DNA from: Nostoc punctiforme PCC 73102
GTDB taxonomy: Bacteria; Cyanobacteriota; Cyanobacteriia; Cyanobacteriales; Nostocaceae
Assembly (NCBI RefSeq): GCF_000020025.1
Contig: NC_010628.1
Location: forward strand, 3,600,001 to 3,632,000
DNA length: 32,000 nt
Direction: 5' to 3'
In this document: positions 8,303 to 14,896 of the stretch, one piece after another
How the letters are laid out: every line of letters begins with the position of its first letter
Position numbering within the stretch: position 1 is the first letter of the stretch
Translations under genes and position numbers: made by a program
Notes under the pieces: model-generated
Seen by the model: only the letters and a program-made list of their open reading frames with translations
Told to the model about the DNA's origin: nothing
Database searches by the model: none

Positions 8303-11300
8303 CTATGCTTGAATGATGAAATCGGAGGCAGTAAGAGTGGGTGTACCAGTAAGTTGGGCAAATTGACCACCAGTGCCGAAACCAGCAGCGCTACCATTTT
8401 GATTGTATAGTAACTGCCCAGTCATAGAGTCGTAGACAATCACAGCATTACTAACTGCCCCTAAGCTAGTGATTTGAAAATTACTGGCGTTACTAAAACC
8501 CTTTCCTATAACAGAAGTAATGGCACTAAAAGTAGTCTTATCCAGAACAATCTTGTCACCATCAGAGTGATTGAAGTCAGCAATGGTATCAATACCTACA
8601 GTAGCGCTAGTAAAGGCAGCATTGGTGTTGTAGACGAAAGCATCAGCACCCATACCACCGATGAGAATATCATTACCTTTTCCACCAATGAGAAGATCAT
8701 CTCCAGCACCACCCCGCAGTAGATCGTCACCACTGTTACCATTGATGGTATCGTTGCCCCCTTGACCATTAATTACATCGTTGGAGTTGTCAAAACCGAC
8801 AATGTTATTGTTTAATTCATTGAGAAAGGTGACGGTGTTCTTGTTGAAAATGCTCGTTTGAGTGGAGTTGGCATTAATCACATCAAAGCTGTCTGTAATA
8901 CTGGCTTGTCCGTTAAACAGAATATTACCGATGGCGGGTCTTGTTGCCGATGCACTTACGTTCTCCAGGTTTTCTAACTTAAAGTTTTGCAGAGTGACTT
9001 TGGTATTAGCCACGTCTTCAAAAGTAACTTCTAAGTCATTACTATTTTGAGTTAATTGCAGATTTCTCGCAGTCAAGCCAGCCCCAACAAATTGCAAGGT
9101 ATCTAATTTGGTAATCACCGCAGATGAAGGGTTTGAGTTAGTACCTATACCGCCAAAGTCTGTGATGATGTCATTGCCATTGTTTAGCCGGGTAACAAAG
9201 ATGTCATTGCCAGCAGTGCCATTGATAACTTGAATTTTGGATTTAACTATGCCACTAATAACAAAGTCAAAAGAGCTTTCATCAGTATCGTTGTTGTCTA
9301 AAATCAGAGTGCCACCATAGCTGCCAGGTGTAGTGGTGTTGAGTGCCACCGTAATCGCGGTGGAAGCATTTGCAGCCACACTTGTTGGCAGAGTTCCTAC
9401 CAAACTAAATCCGTCGGGAAGCTTGAGATTATTGAGATTGAGTGCATCTGTACCCGTGTTCTTGATAGTAAAGGTTTTGGTCAGAGTATTACCAGTAATC
9501 ACATCGCCAAAGTTAATTGCGGTAGTACTGCCATCTGCAATATCAACTGTGCCATTGAGGACTTGAATTTCGGGAGCTGGAGCGGGTTTAACTATGCCAC
9601 TAATAACAAAGTCAAAAGAGCTTTCATCAGTATCGTTGTTGTCTAAAATCAGAGTGCCACCATAGCTGCCAGGTGTAGTGGTGTTGAGTGCCACCGTAAT
9701 CGCGGTGGAAGCATTTGCAGCCACACTTGTTGGCAGAGTTCCTACCAAACTAAATCCGTCGGGAAGCTTGAGATTATTGAGATTGAGTGCAGCTGTACCT
9801 GTGTTCTTGATGGTAAAGGTTTTGGTCAGAGTATTACCAGTAATCACATCGCCAAAGTTAATCGCGGTAGTACTGCCATCTGCAATGTTAACTGTGCCAT
9901 TGAGGACTTGAATTTCGGGAGCTGGAGCGGGTTTAACTATGCCACTAATAACAAAGTCAAAAGAGCTTTCATCAGTATCGTTGTTGTCTAAAATCAGAGT
10001 GCCACCATAGCTGCCAGGTGTAGTGGTGTTGAGTGCCACCGTAATCGCGGTGGAAGCATTTGCAGCCACACTTGTTAGAAGAGTTCCTACCAAACTAAAT
10101 CCGTCGGGAAGCTTGAGATTATTGAGATTGAGTGCATCTGTACCCGTGTTCTTGATAGTAAAGGTTTTGGTCAGAGTATTACCAGTAATCACATCGCCAA
10201 AGTTAATCGCGGTAGTACTGCCATCTGCAATGTCAACTGTGCCATTGAGGACTTGAATTTCGGGAGCTGGAGCGGGTTTAACTATGCCACTAATAACAAA
10301 GTCAAAAGAGCTTTCATCAGTATCGTTGTTGTCTAAAATCAGAGTGCCACCATAGCTGCCAGGTGTAGTGGTGTTGAGTGCCACCGTAATCGCGGTGGAA
10401 GCATTTGCAGCCACACTTGTTGGAAGAGTTCCTACCAAACTAAATCCGTCGGGAAGTTTAAGATTACTGAGATTGAGTGCAGCTGTACCTGTGTTCTTGA
10501 TGGTAAAGGTTTTGGTCAGAGTATTACCAGTAATCACATCGCCAAAGTTAATCGCGGTAGTACTGCCATCTGCAATGTCAACTGTGCCATTGAGGACTTG
10601 AATTTCCGGGGTGGTAATGGTTTTGTGGGGGGCTTCGTATGCACCAATATCAATCACTGCTGTGCCATTACCATCGCCATCGTGAGGAGTTTTATTAGTT
10701 ATGCTATTGAATGTATTGGAACCAGCATCAATTGCAGGACTTCCAGGTTTGAGACTAAAGTTACCATTCGCTGGATCAACAAATAATGGGTCTTGGTTTA
10801 AAATATTCCCTGAACCCGTAACCTTAAAAACTCCGTTGTAAGCAAGGTTATTATTGAATGTAACATTAGTAGACTTATTGTTGACAATGAGAGACTCTCC
10901 GTTGCTTCCATACAGAATATTGTTATAGACTCGAACATTTTTAGCATAGTTAAGGAAAATTTCTCCGTCTGAAAGTACTTTTGAATTTTGGTAAATTGTA
11001 TTATTCACAATGTCTACAGGGTTTTCTCCTTTGAAAATCTGAATACCTGCCCCGCCATTGCTGTAAGTTAAGTTGTTACTGATTAAGGCTTTACCAGTGT
11101 AGGCAACATTTCCAAAATAAGAAGTGTCAAGCATTATTCCATGACCTTCAGTTATTTTTCCTGCTACCTTCCAAGGAACTAATGATTGATTATCAGAAAC
11201 AGTGTTACCTTGAATAATTACTTTGTAATCTGCGGTGTTGTTATCGGAGTTCCAAAGTCTAAGTAGGGAAATACCTTGTGTACCAAAAGGTGAGTACCAA

Positions 11301-11848
11301 GCATTTCCAGTAACAACATTATTTTCTATTTTAATATAGTCTACTTCTGTTCCTCCAATCCCTCCCCCTGGAAACTTGGAAATATTGTTATTACTAATTG
11401 TGATATGACTTGAATGTTGATTTAGATTGTCACTGCTAACCGTAGCAAAAATACCACTTCCAGCTGTAGCTGGATTATTTAAATTGTCTTTTTGGTTAAG
11501 TGCATCTTTTAATGTAATATTGTCTCGATTTCCTACCAATGTTAAGCCTTCAATTTCTATGTAGCTCGAACCTGTAATTGATACAGCTACCCAATTTTTT
11601 TCATTTGCTTTTAAAACTGGTGTATGCCCAGGTAGTGCCATAAATTTGATCGGTGCATTAGCCGTACCCTGCTTATTTGCAATACTCAGGATATAGGCGT
11701 AAGGCGAGGTGTAAGTACCATTCATCACGTAGACTGTATCACCTGCTTTCACTAAGTCGGCAGCTTTTTGGAGGCTGCGAAATGCATCTCCCTGACTCAA
11801 GCCATTAGATTTATCATTGCCTGTTCCAGAAACGTAGTATGTAGCCAT
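8303..11848 (-). CDS. Large secreted protein: N-terminal right-handed parallel beta-helix, four tandem Ig-like (choice-of-anchor-D/HYDIN-like) domains, C-terminal RTX calcium-binding repeats
   Basis: 1181 aa. The N-terminus MATYYVSGTGNDKSNGLSQGDAFRSLQKAADLVKAGDTVYVMNGTY and the following NN/GN-rich turns are typical of pectate-lyase-fold beta-helix proteins. Four 115-aa repeats carry FGDVITGNTLTKTFTIKNTGTAALNL. The C-terminus holds nonapeptide GGxGxD repeats (GQGGNDTINGNSGDDLLRGGAGDDLLIGGKGNDILIGGMGADAFVY), typical of type I secretion substrates. Confidence 0.9.
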   Translation of the reverse strand: MATYYVSGTGNDKSNGLSQGDAFRSLQKAADLVKAGDTVYVMNGTYTSPYAYILSIANKQGTANAPIKFMALPGHTPVLKANEKNWVAVSITGSSYIEIEGLTLVGNRDNITLKDALNQKDNLNNPATAGSGIFATVSSDNLNQHSSHITISNNNISKFPGGGIGGTEVDYIKIENNVVTGNAWYSPFGTQGISLLRLWNSDNNTADYKVIIQGNTVSDNQSLVPWKVAGKITEGHGIMLDTSYFGNVAYTGKALISNNLTYSNGGAGIQIFKGENPVDIVNNTIYQNSKVLSDGEIFLNYAKNVRVYNNILYGSNGESLIVNNKSTNVTFNNNLAYNGVFKVTGSGNILNQDPLFVDPANGNFSLKPGSPAIDAGSNTFNSITNKTPHDGDGNGTAVIDIGAYEAPHKTITTPEIQVLNGTVDIADGSTTAINFGDVITGNTLTKTFTIKNTGTAALNLSNLKLPDGFSLVGTLPTSVAANASTAITVALNTTTPGSYGGTLILDNNDTDESSFDFVISGIVKPAPAPEIQVLNGTVDIADGSTTAINFGDVITGNTLTKTFTIKNTGTDALNLNNLKLPDGFSLVGTLLTSVAANASTAITVALNTTTPGSYGGTLILDNNDTDESSFDFVISGIVKPAPAPEIQVLNGTVNIADGSTTAINFGDVITGNTLTKTFTIKNTGTAALNLNNLKLPDGFSLVGTLPTSVAANASTAITVALNTTTPGSYGGTLILDNNDTDESSFDFVISGIVKPAPAPEIQVLNGTVDIADGSTTAINFGDVITGNTLTKTFTIKNTGTDALNLNNLKLPDGFSLVGTLPTSVAANASTAITVALNTTTPGSYGGTLILDNNDTDESSFDFVISGIVKSKIQVINGTAGNDIFVTRLNNGNDIITDFGGIGTNSNPSSAVITKLDTLQFVGAGLTARNLQLTQNSNDLEVTFEDVANTKVTLQNFKLENLENVSASATRPAIGNILFNGQASITDSFDVINANSTQTSIFNKNTVTFLNELNNNIVGFDNSNDVINGQGGNDTINGNSGDDLLRGGAGDDLLIGGKGNDILIGGMGADAFVYNTNAAFTSATVGIDTIADFNHSDGDKIVLDKTTFSAITSVIGKGFSNASNFQITSLGAVSNAVIVYDSMTGQLLYNQNGSAAGFGTGGQFAQLTGTPTLTASDFIIQA
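9228..10610. repeat. Four near-identical tandem 345-bp repeats inside the RTX protein gene
   Basis: Unit boundaries recur at 9241, 9586, 9931 and 10276 (period exactly 345 bp, or 115 codons). Units differ by only a handful of substitutions by eye. The four 77-aa antisense ORFs in the track (9333, 9678, 10023, 10368) mirror this periodicity. Confidence 0.95.
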
Positions 11849-13037
11849 CTGTTTACTCCGAATGTGTGTAAGGGGAATTAGTAGTACAATCTCAGCAACT
11901 TTGTTCAGTTGCTAAGTAGTTATTTGAATGAGTAATCTATCTAGTCTTTTCAAGACAGTCACAGTTGTGCGATCGCAACTGGAAATCGCGTCGGTTGTAG
12001 AAACACTGTTGCAATACTGAAAAAATTTCTTTTGTTAACCGTTAATGGTTAAATCAGGAATATCGATACCGCCGAACGTTACTGTTTTATTAAGGGAAAT
12101 CGGACGATTAGCAGATGAATGTGTAGCACAAAGACCGAGATGTTTACTATCTCCTTTGAGCTTATTATTAGACATTCTGTGATTGCTAGAGTTGGAGTTG
12201 AATCGAATCGTATCTTCATCTATAGCAGTCGCGATCGCTGCTTTTTATGAGCTAGCTTTACCTATCTGCTATATTCAATACAACGATCATAAATTGGCAT
12301 AATAATTCCTCTGAACTTTATCAGTTGTCTGAGGTCAGGAGCTTGTTAAAACGGTATGGTAAAATGCACCCCTGGCCGATAACTAGGGACTTAAAGTTAC
12401 AGTGGTCAAAGTAGAATTGGTTGAAACTTTAGTGAGTTGAACCCTTAACTTAAGGGGACTAATGTAACAACTGAGTCGAACCTGTTCTAAGCGGTGTAAC
12501 TGAATCCTTGTGAACTTGTTTAAAATTAACCTTTACAAATAGTACTTGATATCAGTGAATGCTCTGAATATGGTAAGTTTTTTTACAACAAATTCAAAAA
12601 AACTATGGAGGCGTAATGGTGAAGTGCTGTTAATTTACAGTGATATGGGAATGAAAAGTGCTTTGTGCGAGGATATGATGAAGTTTGTCTAAATATTCGG
12701 CAGGCTACGCTTACTTCAAGCAACAATGATCTCGTTAGTAAGTAGGGTAAATCTTTGTTGTTGCGATCGCACATGAGGGAAGAGGGTTTTTCTAAATCGC
12801 CAAAATATTAACTAAACTTGCTTATTATTTATAGCGACGTGCCTTTTCTACCGCCTTCGCTGCCGAAATTAGTCCCGATCGCAGTTCTTACTGTTGATAA
12901 GTCAAATGACTTGGGTACGATTGATTCATAGTTCTTGTAACGCTGTCATACTTAAGTATTTTCTCCTGAGAAGATACCGTTAATGTGGACTCGTTTACTT
13001 TTCGGATAACCCAAAATTCAACATCTCCAAATCGCCC

Positions 13038-14084
13038 ATGATTGAAATTGACGGTTCCTACGGAGAGGGAGGCGGACAAGTTCTTCGCACTTCCTTAAGT
13101 CTAGCCGCCATTACTGGTGAACCCATACGGATTGCAGGCATTCGCGCTGGACGCAAAAAGCCAGGATTAGCAGCACAACACTTAACAGCCGTTCGGGCTG
13201 CGGGTAGAATTTGTAATGCCCAACTACGGGGTGATGCTTTGGGTTCAATGTTGCTGGAATTCATTCCAGGTAGTGCTGTGCAAGCTGGAATTTACACCTT
13301 TGATGTGAGTAAAGCACAAGAAGGTGGTTCTGCGGGTGCGATCGCTCTAGTTTTACAGACAATTCTTTTACCTTTAGCACTAGCAACGGGTAATTCTCAG
13401 GTAACACTAAAGGGTGGAACCCATGTAAACTTTAGCCCGACTGTAACCTACATTGAGCAAGTTTATCTGCCAATACTGCAACGTATGGGAGTAGAAGCCC
13501 AAGTTAAGTTAGGCGCTTGGGGGTGGTTTCCTCAAGGTGGGGGAGAAATAGAGTTGCAGGTGATTGGTGGTACTCAACTCGGCGGGATCAACTTGCTGGA
13601 AAGGGGAGAGTTACAACAAGTGCGAGGAATAGCAGCAGTAACGGAACTACCTTCTCATATTCCGCAACGGATGGCGAACCGTGCGGAGAATTTGTTACGG
13701 GAAGCGCATTTGAAAGTTCGTGTACAGACTTTGCGAGAAAAAGGTGTGGCACCTGGCGCAGGTATTTTTTTAACTGCTGAGTATCAGAACAGCTTGACTG
13801 GCTTTGGTGGATTTGGGCGTTTGCGGTTGTCGGCGGAGACAGTTGCAGAAATTGCTTGTCAGCAACTGCTTGAATTTCATTACACCGGCGCAGCAGTGGA
13901 TGAACATTTAGCAGATCAGTTATTATTGCCAGCTACTTTAGCGTCACAAGAAAGTCAGTACCAGGTGGCTGAAGTAAGTAGACATTTGATTACGAATGCA
14001 GCAGTAATTGAACAATTTGGGCTAGCGCAGATTAGGGTAAATGAAGCTGATAAAATAGTATCTGTAAAGAGTTTGACTAGTTGA
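13038..14084 (+). CDS. rtcA: RNA 3'-terminal phosphate cyclase
   Basis: 348 aa. The N-terminus IEIDGSYGEGGGQVLRTSLSLAAITGEPIRIAGIRAGRKKPGLAAQHL is the RtcA signature, and the histidine region DEHLADQLLLPA lies near the C-terminus. Confidence 0.9.
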   Translation: MIEIDGSYGEGGGQVLRTSLSLAAITGEPIRIAGIRAGRKKPGLAAQHLTAVRAAGRICNAQLRGDALGSMLLEFIPGSAVQAGIYTFDVSKAQEGGSAGAIALVLQTILLPLALATGNSQVTLKGGTHVNFSPTVTYIEQVYLPILQRMGVEAQVKLGAWGWFPQGGGEIELQVIGGTQLGGINLLERGELQQVRGIAAVTELPSHIPQRMANRAENLLREAHLKVRVQTLREKGVAPGAGIFLTAEYQNSLTGFGGFGRLRLSAETVAEIACQQLLEFHYTGAAVDEHLADQLLLPATLASQESQYQVAEVSRHLITNAAVIEQFGLAQIRVNEADKIVSVKSLTS

Positions 14085-14259
14085 AATAAGGGTTATTACT
14101 TCAGTAATAGTTAACGATCAACTACTTGGTAGTACTACCTAAAAATCTAAATCAATATTTTTATACTTTCTGTTTTCAACTAAAAGCAGCAACTTTTAGC
14201 AGACAACTATAATAAATATTAAAAACTGCATTTAAAAAATTTAAGTAATAAACAAACTT

Positions 14260-14633
14260 ATGGCTGTGGAATATCATCAAGCTATTGAAGTGTTTTATTT
14301 TTATGCTTATGAAGATGAAACACTTCGCGACAAACTAGAAAAGCATCTCACCTTTTTAGAACCGTAAGGTGTGATTACAGGATGGCACGATCGCAAAATT
14401 GAAGCAAGAAAAGAATGGCAGAATGAGAGAGATACCCACTTAGATTCATTTCAGATAATTTTGCTGCTTGTAAGTGCAAATTTTGCTTAATATTATTGCT
14501 CGAATGTCGAGGTAAAACTGGCAATGGAACGGCATGAAAGCAAAGAAGCCAGAGTTATTCCTATAATTCTCAACTTTGTTGATATTAAATTGATAGCGCA
14601 AGTTCGTAAATGTAATCAAACTTGCAATAAATA
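14260..14633 (+). pseudogene. TIR domain gene remnant with two in-frame stop codons
   Basis: A single frame reads MAVEYHQAIEVFYFYAYEDETLRDKLEKHLTFLEP*GVITGWHDRKIEARKEWQNERDTHLDSFQIILLLVSANFA*YYCSNVEVKLAMERHESKEARVIPIILNFVD. This matches the cyanobacterial TIR pattern (VF.SYAHEDE.LR..LEKHL..L...G.I..WHDR.I..G..W...ID..L..A.IILLLVS.DFLAS.YC...E...A..RHE.GEARVIPVIL) but is interrupted by TAA at 14365-14367 and a second stop, and it ends after about 124 codons. Confidence 0.65.
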
Positions 14634-14896
14634 ATAACGTTAATAATATCAATAGTTTTTACATTACTTAACTTACTTTCATTTATTCTCGCCTACTTAC
14701 TTTATCTAGAAAGTTGCATTTGTTGTAATCATAAGCAACTGACCAATTTGCAAGGTGAGTGCAAGTTTCGTTGAGACTAAGTTCAGTCGAGCCGAATACT
14801 TGTTATTTACCTAACATAACTAGACAACATTGAAGTAGCTGTTAAAAAACATGGTAATAAATTTATTAGTGACACATATAAAATTGGAATAAAACC

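Noticed and set aside
9333-10601. Four 77-aa plus-strand ORFs (9333, 9678, 10023, 10368) with nearly identical sequences, which could be mistaken for a small repeated gene family
   Set aside because: They are antisense to the 1181-aa RTX protein ORF and simply mirror its 345-bp repeats. Their sequences are low-complexity and Val/Leu/Pro-rich with no recognisable motifs, while the minus-strand frame has clear domain signatures.
12419-12511. GAGTCGAACC / GAGTTGAACCC strings reminiscent of a tRNA T-arm (GGTTCGAAxCC)
   Set aside because: I could not build a cloverleaf. There is no acceptor-stem complementarity, no D-arm, and no CCA or discriminator context. They are more likely short direct repeats.
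12583-13079. 63-aa ORFs 12583-12774 (-) and 12888-13079 (-) in the RTX-rtcA spacer
   Set aside because: No motifs. The second overlaps the rtcA start in antisense. Composition does not look coding, so I treat both as chance ORFs in a long non-coding region.
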